Origin: Candidatus Wildermuthbacteria bacterium RIFOXYD1_FULL_50_12
GTDB lineage: Bacteria; Patescibacteriota; Minisyncoccia; Minisyncoccales; UBA10102
Length of the DNA stretch: 64,000 nucleotides
Assembly (NCBI GenBank): GCA_001825035.1
Contig: MHUO01000004.1
Span: forward strand, 155,476-219,475
Direction: 5' to 3'
A program made the translations under genes and the position numbers. Below are positions 1-10,595 of the stretch, in pieces (position 1 is the stretch's first letter; each line of letters opens with the position of its first letter). The notes under the pieces were generated by a model. It made no database searches. It saw nothing but the letters and a program-made list of their open reading frames with translations, and had not been told where the DNA came from.

Positions 1-81
1 GGATGGGAGCCCAAGATTTCATTGGATGAAGGGATCGAGAAAACTATGGCTTGGTATAAAGAGCATTATGATTATCAGTAA
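1..81 (+). CDS. 3' end of NAD-dependent epimerase/dehydratase (partial)
   Basis: Frame 1 reads GWEPKISLDEGIEKTMAWYKEHYDYQ*, the typical C-terminus of extended SDR sugar epimerases. Confidence 0.75.
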   Translation, partial: GWEPKISLDEGIEKTMAWYKEHYDYQ

Positions 82-1060
82 AACCCCATTTCGCATATCT
101 TTTTTTGGCGGAGGGACCGACTATCCGGTTTGGTTCAGAGAGCATGGCGGCCAAGTATTGTCTACCACGATAGACAAGTATTGCTATTTGAGCGTTCGGT
201 ATTTCCCGCCGTTTTTCCCTTATAAGCACCGTATTGTGTACTCGAAGATTGAAACGGTCAATGACATTGGTGAGATTCTGCATCCGGCAGTAAAAGCAAC
301 GTTGGAATTTTTCAAAATCGAGAAGGGGCTGTCAATCCATCATGACGGCGATTTGCCCGCCCGCACCGGCTTAGGATCGAGTTCCTCCTTTACTGTTGGT
401 CTGTTGCACGCCTTACACGGTTTGCAGGGGCAGAACATTTCAAAGGAGGAATTAGCGAGAGAAGCAATTCACTTGGAAAGAGACATGCTCAAAGAAAATG
501 TTGGATCCCAAGATCAGGTTGCGGTTGCGTATGGGGGATTGAATAAGCTTGTGTTTTCCGGAGCGAACGACGTGAGTGTTCAGCCGATTGCCGTGAGTGA
601 AGCAAGGAGAAAAGAATTGGAATCGCATCTCGCCCTTTACTTTACAGGATTTTCCAGATACGCATCGGAAGTGGCGAAAGAACAAATTGAAAAGACGCCG
701 CAAAAGCAAAAAGAGCTGCAGGCAATAAGTGATATGGTAGATCAGGGAATAGATATTTTACAAAACGAAAAAGTAAGTATTTTGGGATTTGGGAAACTCT
801 TAGGGGAATCGTGGCAACTGAAAAGAAGTTTAACGGATAAGATATCCACTGTCCAAATCGACGCGCTCTATGAGAGGGCAGTAAGGGCTGGAGCGGTCGG
901 CGGGAAGCTCTTGGGAGCAGGCGGTGGAGGGTTTATGCTTTTATTTATTCCTCCTGACAAACAGCAGAACGTGAGAGAGGCATTGAAAGACCTGCTGGAG
1001 GCTCCATTCCATTTCGAAAGAGGAGGGAGCCAGATTATCTATCGTAATTCAACGGTATGA
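68..1060 (+). CDS. hddA: D-glycero-alpha-D-manno-heptose-7-phosphate kinase (GHMP kinase)
   Basis: MIISKTPFRISFFGGGTD N-terminus, GLGSSS GHMP motif, GKLLGAGGGG; start moved to ATG 68. Confidence 0.9.
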   Translation: MIISKTPFRISFFGGGTDYPVWFREHGGQVLSTTIDKYCYLSVRYFPPFFPYKHRIVYSKIETVNDIGEILHPAVKATLEFFKIEKGLSIHHDGDLPARTGLGSSSSFTVGLLHALHGLQGQNISKEELAREAIHLERDMLKENVGSQDQVAVAYGGLNKLVFSGANDVSVQPIAVSEARRKELESHLALYFTGFSRYASEVAKEQIEKTPQKQKELQAISDMVDQGIDILQNEKVSILGFGKLLGESWQLKRSLTDKISTVQIDALYERAVRAGAVGGKLLGAGGGGFMLLFIPPDKQQNVREALKDLLEAPFHFERGGSQIIYRNSTV

Positions 1061-1575
1061 TTGAAGTTTCGAAAACAAATTTAAGAGGAGTGCTTCGGAT
1101 CGTTCCAGAAGTATTCCGTGACCATCGGGGGCAATTCGTGGAGACATACAGCAGGGAGCTTTATAAGAAAAGCGGAATTGGCTTTGATTTTGTGCAGGAC
1201 GATATTTCTCGTTCAAAAAAAGATGTTTTGCGCGGAATCCACGGCGACAAGGAAACTTCCAAATTGGTTTCCTGCACATACGGGAAATTGTTTTTTGTGG
1301 TGGTAAATTGCAACGAGGAATCCTCAGAGTTTGGGAAATGGCAATCGTTTGAGCTCTCTGACGAAAACAGAATGCAAATTTTTGTGCCGCCCACTTATGG
1401 CATTGCGTATTTGGTATTGAGCGATGAGGCCGTGTTTACCTATAAGCAATCTACGTACTTTGTGCACGGAAAGCAGTTCAGCTACCGATGGGATGATCCG
1501 CGATTTGGAATCAATTGGCCGATTACCAATCCTATTTTGTCGGAAAGAGACAAAGCGGGGCATTATGTCAGATAG
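1057..1575 (+). CDS. dTDP-4-dehydrorhamnose 3,5-epimerase family (RmlC-like)
   Basis: F.D.RG.F.E, FVQD..S.S..VLRGIH, W.DP..GI.WP motifs. Confidence 0.9.
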   Translation: MIEVSKTNLRGVLRIVPEVFRDHRGQFVETYSRELYKKSGIGFDFVQDDISRSKKDVLRGIHGDKETSKLVSCTYGKLFFVVVNCNEESSEFGKWQSFELSDENRMQIFVPPTYGIAYLVLSDEAVFTYKQSTYFVHGKQFSYRWDDPRFGINWPITNPILSERDKAGHYVR

Positions 1576-2884
1576 CATTACAAAAGCAGTTATCGTAGCT
1601 GGAGGGAAAGGAACGCGTTTGGCGACTTTTACCAACAATACGGCCAAAGCCCTGGTGGAAATTGGGGGGAAGCCGATTATCCAGCATCAAATTGAGCTTT
1701 TACGAGGACAGGGGGTCAAAGAGATTTGGCTGCTGTTAGGGCATTTAGGAGAGCAAATACAGCATTTTGCCGAGCAAAAAGATTGGGGAGTTGTTTTGCA
1801 TTTTCTGCATGAGAAGCAGCCGTTGGGTACTGCAGGCGCGCTCAAGCAGCTCGAAGGGGAAATACAAGAAGATTTTTTTGCTTTGTCGGGGGATGTCATG
1901 ATAAACATTGACCTCCAGAGATTCGTAGATTGGCACACACAAAAAGAGGGAATCGCATCTCTCATGGTTCATCCGAATGACCATCCGTTTGACTCAGATC
2001 TGGTGGAAGCAGACGGGAAAGGAAGGGTATTGTCGCTCTTGCGAAGGCCACACGCAGAGGACCTCGTGTTTCGCACTTTAAGCATCGCCTCTCTGTATAT
2101 TTTTTCGCCAAGAATTTTTCCTTATATACCCAAAGGAGAAAAATCCGACATGGAGAAAGATGTTTTGCCAAAGCTTTTGCAGGCAAATGAAAACATTTAT
2201 GCCTACAATACCCCAGAATACATTAAGGATATGGGTACGCCCAATAGGTTAGAAGAAGTACGAAAAGATTATGAATCGGGAAAAATATTCAGAATGAGTC
2301 TGAAAAATGAAAGGCGAGCAATTTTTCTTGATCGGGACGGCGTACTCAATGAAGAAGTTGATCAGCTTGCAAAGATTGAGGATTTCAGATTGTACGATTT
2401 TACTCCAGAGGCCGTGAAGAAAATTAATGAGAGTGATTTTATGGCAATCGTAGTCTCCAACCAACCCATGGTTGCCAAAGGATTTATGACAGAGAAAGAT
2501 GTGCAAGAGATGCAGAAAGAACTGGAAACAGAGTTAGGTAAGAAAGGCGCCAAGATAGACGCAGCGTATTATTGTTTCCACCATCCGGAGAAGGGGTTTG
2601 AGGGCGAGAGGCCCGAATTAAAAATCGAATGCGCCTGCAGGAAGCCAAAGCCCGGCCTTCTGTTGGAGGCACAAAAAGATTTTCATATAGATCTCAAGAG
2701 ATCCTATATGATTGGCGACCAGACGGTGGATATCTTGGCCGGCAGGAACGCGGGATGCAAAACAGTATTGGTGCAAACCGGCTATGCAGGGAAAGATGCA
2801 AGGTGCGAGGCAGAACCAGATGGAAGAGCGCAAGACGTTTTGGATGCGGTAAATAACATAATGCTTGCTCAAGCTGCTGTATGA
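1565..2884 (+). CDS. Fused sugar-1-phosphate nucleotidyltransferase (HddC-like) / heptose bisphosphate phosphatase (GmhB, HAD-IIIA)
   Basis: N-terminal AGGKGTRL nucleotidyltransferase; C-terminal FLDRDGV, CACRKPKPG, IGD HAD motifs. Confidence 0.9.
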   Translation: MSDSITKAVIVAGGKGTRLATFTNNTAKALVEIGGKPIIQHQIELLRGQGVKEIWLLLGHLGEQIQHFAEQKDWGVVLHFLHEKQPLGTAGALKQLEGEIQEDFFALSGDVMINIDLQRFVDWHTQKEGIASLMVHPNDHPFDSDLVEADGKGRVLSLLRRPHAEDLVFRTLSIASLYIFSPRIFPYIPKGEKSDMEKDVLPKLLQANENIYAYNTPEYIKDMGTPNRLEEVRKDYESGKIFRMSLKNERRAIFLDRDGVLNEEVDQLAKIEDFRLYDFTPEAVKKINESDFMAIVVSNQPMVAKGFMTEKDVQEMQKELETELGKKGAKIDAAYYCFHHPEKGFEGERPELKIECACRKPKPGLLLEAQKDFHIDLKRSYMIGDQTVDILAGRNAGCKTVLVQTGYAGKDARCEAEPDGRAQDVLDAVNNIMLAQAAV

Positions 2885-4353
2885 ATTACGGGATCGAAAT
2901 AAAAAATCTTCTGTTCACGAACGGAACAGTCAAGCAAACGATTTTTAAGAATGTTGTTTGGGGGTCGGCAGGTAGTATGGTTAACAAGCTGCTTTCTTTT
3001 GTTTTACTGATTTATGCCGCCCGCATTTTGGGGGCAGAGGGGTACGGTCAAATCACCTTTGCGTTGGCTTTTGCATCTCTCTTTATCATACTTTCCCATT
3101 TTGGATTGCCTTCTATCATTACGCGTGAGTTTGCAAGAAAAGAGGGAGGGGAAGACGAATTCTATGCAATTCTTTGTTTGAAAATTATATTGGTTCTGTT
3201 AACCTTCGTTTTGATTGCAGCAGTAAGTTTTTTGACAATTTCATCGTCGGAAGTACGCATACTCACTGTAATCATAGGATCTTTCCTTTTAATGAATAGT
3301 CTCATCGGCACTGCATACTCTTTTTTCCACGCACGACAGAAAATGGAGTACGAGGCTTGGCTGGAGGGCGTCCAGATGCTGCTTATGTTAAGTTTGGGAT
3401 TATTTGTTTTGTTTCGTTTTCCTTCACCTCAAAACTTAAGCTACGTATATCTTGCATCTGCTTTTTTGGCTCTCCTGGCGACATACGTTTTCTTCGAAAG
3501 AAAGATTTTCCGCCTGAAGTTGAAATGCGATATTTCTATCTGGAAAAAGTATTTAAAAATGTCTTTACCGTTAGCGTTAAGTAGCATATTTGCCATGCTG
3601 TATGCATATACCGATTCAGTCATGCTCGGTTATTCGGACATGTTTGCGGAAACAGGGTGGTATAATGCTGCCCAAAGAATTGTATTGTTGGCTTTAATTC
3701 CCATGGGTCTTATTGCCTCGAGTTTTTATCCTGCTCTAAGCAAGCTGTCTAAGGAGTCGGGGCAACTTTTCCAGAAAATGTGGGACTACGAGTTGGAAAT
3801 AATGCTTGCGCTTGCTTTTCCCGTGGTAACGGGGGGAATTGTGTTAGCCTCAACCATTATCTTCTTTTTGTACACCGCAGATTTCACGCCTGCTATTCTG
3901 GCCCTTCAGTTTTCAGTCGTAACCGTGGGGCTTAATTTCTTGTATAGGCCATTTAACGATGTAATGATTATCTCAAATCATGAAGGGAAAATGTTTTGGA
4001 TTACGCTTGTTGGGGCTGGAATAAATGTAGCTCTAAACCTAATTCTTATTCCCCGGTACAGTTTGTATGGAGCAGCAGGAGCAACGGTAGCTACCTATAG
4101 CTTACTTCTGATAGTTATTATGGTTTTTGTAAAAAAGTTTACCACCTTGCGGTTTCCTCTTGCGCGCATTGGGCTTACGGTGTTGACGTCTGGTTTTTCA
4201 GCATTTCTTATGTATATGGCACTGCAATATCTGCTTTTATCCCACATGCATGTTGTGCTGTTGATGCTTGTGGGTGCGGCAGTGTATTTATTTGCTTTTT
4301 TGGGTTTTCGAAAGTTTGTTGTAACTAAATATTTCAAACAGGTATATGCATGA
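2881..4353 (+). CDS. wzx: Wzx-type polysaccharide flippase
   Basis: About 14 hydrophobic segments, ARILGAEGYG and LIPRYSLYGAA motifs. Confidence 0.85.
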   Translation: MNYGIEIKNLLFTNGTVKQTIFKNVVWGSAGSMVNKLLSFVLLIYAARILGAEGYGQITFALAFASLFIILSHFGLPSIITREFARKEGGEDEFYAILCLKIILVLLTFVLIAAVSFLTISSSEVRILTVIIGSFLLMNSLIGTAYSFFHARQKMEYEAWLEGVQMLLMLSLGLFVLFRFPSPQNLSYVYLASAFLALLATYVFFERKIFRLKLKCDISIWKKYLKMSLPLALSSIFAMLYAYTDSVMLGYSDMFAETGWYNAAQRIVLLALIPMGLIASSFYPALSKLSKESGQLFQKMWDYELEIMLALAFPVVTGGIVLASTIIFFLYTADFTPAILALQFSVVTVGLNFLYRPFNDVMIISNHEGKMFWITLVGAGINVALNLILIPRYSLYGAAGATVATYSLLLIVIMVFVKKFTTLRFPLARIGLTVLTSGFSAFLMYMALQYLLLSHMHVVLLMLVGAAVYLFAFLGFRKFVVTKYFKQVYA

Positions 4354-5113
4354 AGACAAAAAGATTTTAGCTTTAATACCAGCTCGCGGAGGATCAAAGT
4401 CCATACCCAAGAAAAACATTGTTGATTTGGACGGGTTTCCGTTAATTGCCTATTCTATAGCTGCCGCCAAAATGTCACCACATATCTCAAGAATTGTGGT
4501 AAGCACAGATTCAAAAGAGATAGCCGAAATCGCGAAACAGTACGGCGCAGAAGTTCCTTTTATGAGGCCGGCAGAGTACGCCAGAGACGATTCTCCGGAC
4601 ATTGAGTTTTTTCGCCATGCGTTGGAGTGGCTGCAGGAACAAGAAAGATATATACCAGATCTGGTGGTGCACTTGCGGCCTACCACTCCGCTGCGGGAGC
4701 CGGCACTCGTAGACAAGGCCATCGAGGAGATCATTGCCGACGAAAACGCTACGGCGCTCCGAAGCGCTCACGAATCAGAACATACTGCTTACAAGTTGTT
4801 CCGAAAAGAAGGAGACTACATACATTTCTTCGGGCAGGAAGACTTTGCTCAAAACGAAGAGTATTATAACCGTGGGAGGCAGATTCTTCCGAAAACATAC
4901 AATCCGAATGGGTATGTGGACGTGATACGGCCGGAAGTGCTGCAGCAGACCGGCATGCTTCACGGGCTTCGCATACGCGCGTTTATTACCGAACGTGTAG
5001 CCGATATCGACCGGAAAGAAGACATTGCTTCTGCCGAGCAGCTGCTCAAAGAAGAGAAATTCCGACCCCTTCTACGCTTTTTAGAAAATCAAAAACCAAA
5101 TACTTATGCCTAA
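4346..5113 (+). CDS. neuA: Acylneuraminate (ulosonic acid) cytidylyltransferase
   Basis: IPARGGSKSIPKKN, VSTD, LRPTTPLR, DID motifs. Confidence 0.9.
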   Translation: MHEDKKILALIPARGGSKSIPKKNIVDLDGFPLIAYSIAAAKMSPHISRIVVSTDSKEIAEIAKQYGAEVPFMRPAEYARDDSPDIEFFRHALEWLQEQERYIPDLVVHLRPTTPLREPALVDKAIEEIIADENATALRSAHESEHTAYKLFRKEGDYIHFFGQEDFAQNEEYYNRGRQILPKTYNPNGYVDVIRPEVLQQTGMLHGLRIRAFITERVADIDRKEDIASAEQLLKEEKFRPLLRFLENQKPNTYA

Positions 5114-5810
5114 TTATTTGGAAACAGTATATTTTAGAGAAGAGTACGGAGCAGAAGAGTACCCGCAAAGGCTCTGTGATTATCTCTATGAACGATTTTT
5201 CAAATCGTATATGGACTCTCATCCCGACGGCAAGAAAAAGTTTTTGGATATTGGAAGCGGCAAGGGGAATCATTTGGTTGCTTTTTCAAGGCATGGGGTT
5301 GAGGCTTTTGGCATCGACAAAAGAGAAGAGTGCGTAGAGATTTTAGATTACTTTGATATTCGGGAGTGTGACATTGAAAAGGACCGATTCCCTTTTGAGG
5401 ATAATTCTTTCGATTTCATCTTCTCGAAATCCGTTATCGAACATGTGTACAACACGGATAATTTCCTCGACGAATCTTTTCGCGTATTAAAGCCCGGCGG
5501 AATTGTGGTGTTAATGACTCCTGACTGGCAGTCGCAAATGAAGTTTTTCTGGGACGATTATACCCATGTGCGGCCCTTTTCCAGAAAAGGTCTTCAGAAC
5601 GTGTTGAAACTCAAGAACTTCCAGGAAGTGGAGTGTTTCCGGTTCTTTCAGTTGCCGTTCGTGTGGAAATATCCGTTTTTGCGCTTTGTTCCCCGCATTA
5701 TTGCGTTGCTTCCCGATTTTTTGCGATTTCGCGACGCAGATGAGATGAGGTCGCGTGTTTTCGTTCGGTTTTCCAAAGAGCAAATGCTTATCGCAAAAGG
5801 AGTAAAATAA
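5106..5810 (+). CDS. Class I SAM-dependent methyltransferase
   Basis: LDIGSGKG motif I; FPFEDNSFD; RVLKPGG. Confidence 0.85.
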   Translation: MPNYLETVYFREEYGAEEYPQRLCDYLYERFFKSYMDSHPDGKKKFLDIGSGKGNHLVAFSRHGVEAFGIDKREECVEILDYFDIRECDIEKDRFPFEDNSFDFIFSKSVIEHVYNTDNFLDESFRVLKPGGIVVLMTPDWQSQMKFFWDDYTHVRPFSRKGLQNVLKLKNFQEVECFRFFQLPFVWKYPFLRFVPRIIALLPDFLRFRDADEMRSRVFVRFSKEQMLIAKGVK

Positions 5811-5827
5811 CCTTTAATATTTGTTCT

Positions 5828-6487
5828 ATGATACCACTACCAGATTTTAGTAAAGCATTCGACTACGAAAACGGCTTCTACCTTTCGTGCGATACTTCGC
5901 GCATGGCAAAAATGGCAGCGCATTACGAGCTGTACAAAATGTCGCTCAGCATTCCGGGTGACATCGCAGAATGCGGAGTATTCAAGGGTGTGGCACTGGT
6001 GCGTTTTGCTATGCTTCAAAAGCTGTTTGGCGAGATGCCTAAAAAAGTTGTTGGTTTTGATACTTTCGGCGTGTTCCCGGAAACCAACTTTGAAGGCGAT
6101 AAGGCTCCCCGCAAAAAATTTATTGATGACGCAGGGCAAGAAAGTATTACAGTTGAGCAATTGCAGGCTGTGTTGCGGCACAAAGCTTTGGAGCAAGATG
6201 TTGAGCTGGTACCGGGAGATATTACCGAAACAGTGCCTGCGTACGCCGCCTCGCATCCCGACATGAAGTTTTCGCTTATTAATCTGGATGTTGATATTTA
6301 TGAGCCAAGCGTCACGGTGTTGCAGTATTTGTATCCAAAATTAGAGAAAGGGGGCGTGCTTATTCTGGACGATTATGGCAGATTCCCAGGGGAAACCAAA
6401 GCAGTGGATGATTACTTTCAGGGCCAGGGCGTGGAAATCCACAAGTTTCCGTTTTGCAAAACACCGCAATATATTATTAAGGCGTAA
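5828..6487 (+). CDS. TylF/MycF-family sugar O-methyltransferase
   Basis: PGDIAECGVFKG, GFDTF, DVDIYE, LDDY motifs. Confidence 0.85.
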   Translation: MIPLPDFSKAFDYENGFYLSCDTSRMAKMAAHYELYKMSLSIPGDIAECGVFKGVALVRFAMLQKLFGEMPKKVVGFDTFGVFPETNFEGDKAPRKKFIDDAGQESITVEQLQAVLRHKALEQDVELVPGDITETVPAYAASHPDMKFSLINLDVDIYEPSVTVLQYLYPKLEKGGVLILDDYGRFPGETKAVDDYFQGQGVEIHKFPFCKTPQYIIKA

Positions 6488-6490
6488 TCC

Positions 6491-7312
6491 ATGACAGACG
6501 AGATGCAAAACAGTATCGGTATAATGCAGGGAAGGGTGGTGCCCCAAACTTTGGAGCGACTGCAAATTTTCCCCGAGCGTTGGGAGGAAGAGTTTCGCAC
6601 GGCAAGAGAGCTGGGCTTTGACCACATTGAGCTACTGGATGATAAAGAAAATCGCTTGCGCGATTTGCTCAAAACCCAAAAACAAGAAGTTTTTGCCAGT
6701 GTTTTGAACGCTGGCCTCCAGTGTACTTCTTTATGTGCTGACCAACTGTGCAGGTATTCGTTGCTGGGCAACCCTGTCGAGTTTAAGGAGCGTATAAAAG
6801 ATTTGCTGCAGCTGATAGAAGGGCAAGATGGATTTGTTGTGGTGGTGCCGTTTTTCGACGAAAATCAGCTCCGCTCGGCGGAAGAATTCAAGCAAGCGCT
6901 TGCGGCGTTGGCCCCGTTTGATAGGCTACTACAGCAAAAGGGTCTGCGTTTTGCCCTGGAAGTACTGCTGTCCGCAAAAGATATTATGGGGTCGTTTGAA
7001 GGATTTTCGTTTGGCGCCATCGGAATGTGCTATGACATTGGGAATAGTATTGGAAACGGCTTTCCGGTGCGCGAAGAAATTAGGAGTTTGGGAACTCTGA
7101 TAACTCATGTTCACGTAAAAGATAAAGAAAACGGGAAAAACGTGCGGATTGGAGCGCATCCAAAAGAACTGGGCGATGCCTTCGGAGCATTGAAAGAAAT
7201 AGGATACGGAGGGTTGCTTACCTTAGAAACATGCATTACGCCGGTTCCCGCGGAAGAAGCAAAGACGAATTTGGAGACAGTAAAAAAGCTAACGCGCGGG
7301 ATACCGCTATGA
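6491..7312 (+). CDS. Xylose isomerase-like TIM-barrel sugar phosphate isomerase/epimerase
   Basis: IGIMQGR start, GFDHIEL, YDIGN, HVHVKD, LTLE metal-binding motifs. Confidence 0.8.
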   Translation: MTDEMQNSIGIMQGRVVPQTLERLQIFPERWEEEFRTARELGFDHIELLDDKENRLRDLLKTQKQEVFASVLNAGLQCTSLCADQLCRYSLLGNPVEFKERIKDLLQLIEGQDGFVVVVPFFDENQLRSAEEFKQALAALAPFDRLLQQKGLRFALEVLLSAKDIMGSFEGFSFGAIGMCYDIGNSIGNGFPVREEIRSLGTLITHVHVKDKENGKNVRIGAHPKELGDAFGALKEIGYGGLLTLETCITPVPAEEAKTNLETVKKLTRGIPL

Positions 7313-8340
7313 AAATACTGTTTTTGGGTTTGGGTTCCATGGGTCAGCGCCACCTTCAGAATATCCAGAAGCTTCAGAAAGAGAAAAAACTTCCAGACAA
7401 CCTTGAGTTTTTTGGTTTGGTGCGGCCAGAAGACAGGCACCGCGTGATACGAGAAGGGCAGGAAAAGAAAGTGGCAGATATCAGCGAATATTACGGCATG
7501 ACTCCCGTAGTTTCCTGGACAGAAGCAAAAAAGGTGCGGCCAGATGCGGTGTTTGTTACCAACCCAAGCTCGCTGCATATCCCAAGTGCGCTCGAATTTG
7601 CCCGTTTGGGAAGTGACTTGTTTATTGAAAAGCCGCTGGGCCACACCACAAGGGGATTGAGTGAGCTAGAGCGTATTGTAAAGAGCAAAAAGCTGATTAC
7701 GATGGTAGGATTTCAAACCAGGTTCAACCCGCTGGTTACCAAAATAAAGGATCTTGTAGGGAGCAAAAGAGGAAGGATTATAAGTGCAGCCTTTACTTGG
7801 AACACGTTTTTGCCTGCGCACCATATATATGAAGATTATTCCAAAGGATACGCAGCAAGAAAAGATTTGGGCGGCGGGGTGGTACTTGGTTTAATTCATG
7901 AGATTGATTTGGTGTGTTATTTGCTTGGCTTACCCAAAAAGGTTATTGCTGTAGGAGGGAAGTTGAGCAATTTGCATATGAATGTGGAAGATACAGTAGC
8001 AGCCCTTCTTTTGTACGCGAAAAAAGGGAAAACATTTCCCGTGACACTTCGGCTTTCCTATGCACAAACAAAAGAAGTGCGCAAATTTGAGTTTCAATTC
8101 GAAGACAGTACATTATTTGTGGATAGTGTGGGAAACAGGTATGCTTTGTACGGGAAAGAAGGGGAATTGGTGGAAGAAAAAACCGACTCGACAATCAGAA
8201 ACGAATTGTTTGAAGCAGAGGTTTTACACCTTTTTGAGTGTGTTAACGTGCGCAAAGAGTCCAACGTCAATATCGTTGAAGCAAGAAAAAGTCTGCAAGT
8301 GGCGTTCGCAATAAAAAGGCAAATTGCAAAAAAGGTATGA
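7309..8340 (+). CDS. Gfo/Idh/MocA-family oxidoreductase
   Basis: GLGSMGQRH Rossmann motif, FIEKP, GGG...HEID. Confidence 0.9.
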   Translation: MKILFLGLGSMGQRHLQNIQKLQKEKKLPDNLEFFGLVRPEDRHRVIREGQEKKVADISEYYGMTPVVSWTEAKKVRPDAVFVTNPSSLHIPSALEFARLGSDLFIEKPLGHTTRGLSELERIVKSKKLITMVGFQTRFNPLVTKIKDLVGSKRGRIISAAFTWNTFLPAHHIYEDYSKGYAARKDLGGGVVLGLIHEIDLVCYLLGLPKKVIAVGGKLSNLHMNVEDTVAALLLYAKKGKTFPVTLRLSYAQTKEVRKFEFQFEDSTLFVDSVGNRYALYGKEGELVEEKTDSTIRNELFEAEVLHLFECVNVRKESNVNIVEARKSLQVAFAIKRQIAKKV

Positions 8341-9125
8341 AACAAACAGAAACAATGAACAAATTTGATCTTTCGGGGCGTGTGTGCCTCATCACTGGAG
8401 GAATTGGTCTTTTAGGGCAAAGGCATAGAGGGGCAATTCGGGATGCGGGCGGCATACCCGTTACCTTGGATATCGTCGGAGAACCGGATTTTCTCGTCGA
8501 CATTACAGATAAGAAAGCTTTAGAGGAAACGCGAGAAAAGATTCTTGAGAAATATGGTCGTATTGATACTCTTATCAACAATGCAGCAAACAACCCCAAG
8601 ATGGAAAGTACGCAAGCCGGAAAGAATTGGACTAGGTTTGAAAATTTCCCAGAAAAAGTTTGGCAGGAGGATTTGGATGTCGGGCTTAAGGGAGCATTTC
8701 TATGCAGTCAGGTTTTCGGTTCATATATGGCTTCTCAAGGTAGAGGTGTTATTCTAAACATCTCTTCAGATCTTGGTTTGATCGCGCCGGACCAGCGCAT
8801 ATATCGAAAAGAGGGGCTTTCAGAAGAGCAGCAAATGGTAAAACCGGTTACGTATTCGCTCGTAAAGCACGGACTTATTGGGTTAACTCGCTACTTGGCA
8901 ACTTATTGGGCAGAAAAAGGTGTTAGAGTGAACGCGCTGTGCCCCGGTGGGATATTGAATGGGCAAGATGAAGATTTTGTAAAGCGGCTTTCAAATCTTA
9001 TTCCCATGGAAAGGATGGCAAATAAAGATGAGTATCAGGCCGTGGTTATCTTCTTGCTATCAGATGCTTCTTCGTATATGACCGGATCAGTTCTTGCAAT
9101 AGATGGGGGTCGAACGTGTTGGTAA
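8337..9125 (+). CDS. Short-chain dehydrogenase (PtmA-like SDR)
   Basis: TGGIGLLG, NNAA, YxxxK (YSLVK), DGG C-terminus. Confidence 0.9.
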   Translation: MKQTETMNKFDLSGRVCLITGGIGLLGQRHRGAIRDAGGIPVTLDIVGEPDFLVDITDKKALEETREKILEKYGRIDTLINNAANNPKMESTQAGKNWTRFENFPEKVWQEDLDVGLKGAFLCSQVFGSYMASQGRGVILNISSDLGLIAPDQRIYRKEGLSEEQQMVKPVTYSLVKHGLIGLTRYLATYWAEKGVRVNALCPGGILNGQDEDFVKRLSNLIPMERMANKDEYQAVVIFLLSDASSYMTGSVLAIDGGRTCW

Positions 9126-9149
9126 CAAATAATAAGGAGTAATAAAACT

Positions 9150-10022
9150 ATGGAAAGAAAAAAAGTGACAATCGGAGGAAAAACGATAGGAGAGGGCGAG
9201 CCGACGTTCATCATCGCCGAGATAGGGATTAACCATAACGGCAGTTTGGAAAACGCCCAAAAACTTATTGACGTTGCGGTGGACGCGGGATGCGACGCAG
9301 TAAAGTTCCAAAAGCGGACGATAGACGTTGTGTACACTCCAGAAGAATTAGTTCGGCCGAGAGAAAGCGTGTTTGGGAATACGAATGGAGATTTAAAGCG
9401 CGGACTCGAGTTTGGCGAGAAAGAATATGCGGAAATTGACCGATACTGCAAAGAAAAAGGCATTATGTGGTTCGCTTCCCCGTGGGATGAGGGGAGCGTC
9501 GATTTCCTTGCAAAGTTCGATATTCCGTGTTATAAAATAGCTTCACCCTCCCTTACGGATGACAACCTTTTAAGGCATGTTCGATCCAAGGGAAAGTCGA
9601 TTATTCTTTCAACGGGAATGAGTACGGTGGAGCAAATTCGTCATGCCGTGGAGGTTTTGAGTGAAGATGATCTGGTTCTTCTCCATTGCACTTCCACATA
9701 TCCAGGAGCAGACGAGGAACTGAATTTAAAGGTAATTCCATGGTTAAAAGAGCAGTTTTCCTGCCCTATCGGGTACAGCGGTCATGAGGTTGGAGTGTAT
9801 TCTTCGTTGGTGGCAGCTGTGCTGGGTGCTTGTGTAGTGGAGCGGCATATTACGTTGGATCGTGCAATGTGGGGGTCAGATCAAGCAGCCTCTCTGGAGC
9901 CACAGGGAATTGAACGACTGGTTGGCAGTATCAGATCTATCCCTATATGGTTGGGAGACGGCAAAAAAAGAGTATTCGAAAGTGAACTTCCCATTCTGCA
10001 GAAACTCCGGAGGGTAAAATAA
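9150..10022 (+). CDS. neuB: N-acetylneuraminate/ulosonic acid synthase (NeuB family, no C-terminal SAF domain)
   Basis: IAEIGINHNG, VKFQKR, LHCTSTYP, GYSGHE, VERHIT; 290 aa. Confidence 0.9.
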   Translation: MERKKVTIGGKTIGEGEPTFIIAEIGINHNGSLENAQKLIDVAVDAGCDAVKFQKRTIDVVYTPEELVRPRESVFGNTNGDLKRGLEFGEKEYAEIDRYCKEKGIMWFASPWDEGSVDFLAKFDIPCYKIASPSLTDDNLLRHVRSKGKSIILSTGMSTVEQIRHAVEVLSEDDLVLLHCTSTYPGADEELNLKVIPWLKEQFSCPIGYSGHEVGVYSSLVAAVLGACVVERHITLDRAMWGSDQAASLEPQGIERLVGSIRSIPIWLGDGKKRVFESELPILQKLRRVK

Positions 10023-10025
10023 ATC

Positions 10026-10592
10026 ATGAAAGAAATAATCAAAAGCCACATAGAGGCCCATATTGATACGGTACGTAAGTTTGTAAATGAGATGCCCGAC
10101 ATTGAAGGCGTGGCTGTGCTTTGCGTGGAAGCTTTACGATCGGGAAACAAGGTTTTGGTGGTGGGCAATGGCGGCTCCGTGGCAGATGCCCACCACTTTG
10201 CAGCAGAACTTGTGGGAAGATTCAGAAAGGAACGAAGAGCTCTGCCAGTTATTGCGCTGGACATAAATCCTTCGGCGATAACTGCCATTTCAAACGATTA
10301 TGCATTTAAGCATGTGTTCGCGAGGCAGGTAGAAGCATTGGCCAGACCAGGCGATGTGTTCTTCGGAATAAGCACTTCTGGCAATTCAGAGAATGTGTTG
10401 GAGGCAATAAAGGCCGCAAGGCAGGCTGGCTGCAAGGTAGTAGGCTTAACAGGGAGGGGAGGGGGAAACATGAAAGAGATATGCGATTTTCTGATTAATA
10501 TCCCCGCAGAAGATACCCCGCGCATTCAGGAAATGCACGCGCTTGTTATTCATATGCTATCGGATTTGATCGAAAGTACGCTGTTTGAATAA
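10026..10592 (+). CDS. gmhA: Phosphoheptose (sedoheptulose-7-P) isomerase
   Basis: GNGGS.ADA.H.AAEL, NDY, STSGNS, RIQEMH. Confidence 0.93.
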   Translation: MKEIIKSHIEAHIDTVRKFVNEMPDIEGVAVLCVEALRSGNKVLVVGNGGSVADAHHFAAELVGRFRKERRALPVIALDINPSAITAISNDYAFKHVFARQVEALARPGDVFFGISTSGNSENVLEAIKAARQAGCKVVGLTGRGGGNMKEICDFLINIPAEDTPRIQEMHALVIHMLSDLIESTLFE

Positions 10593-10595
10593 GAT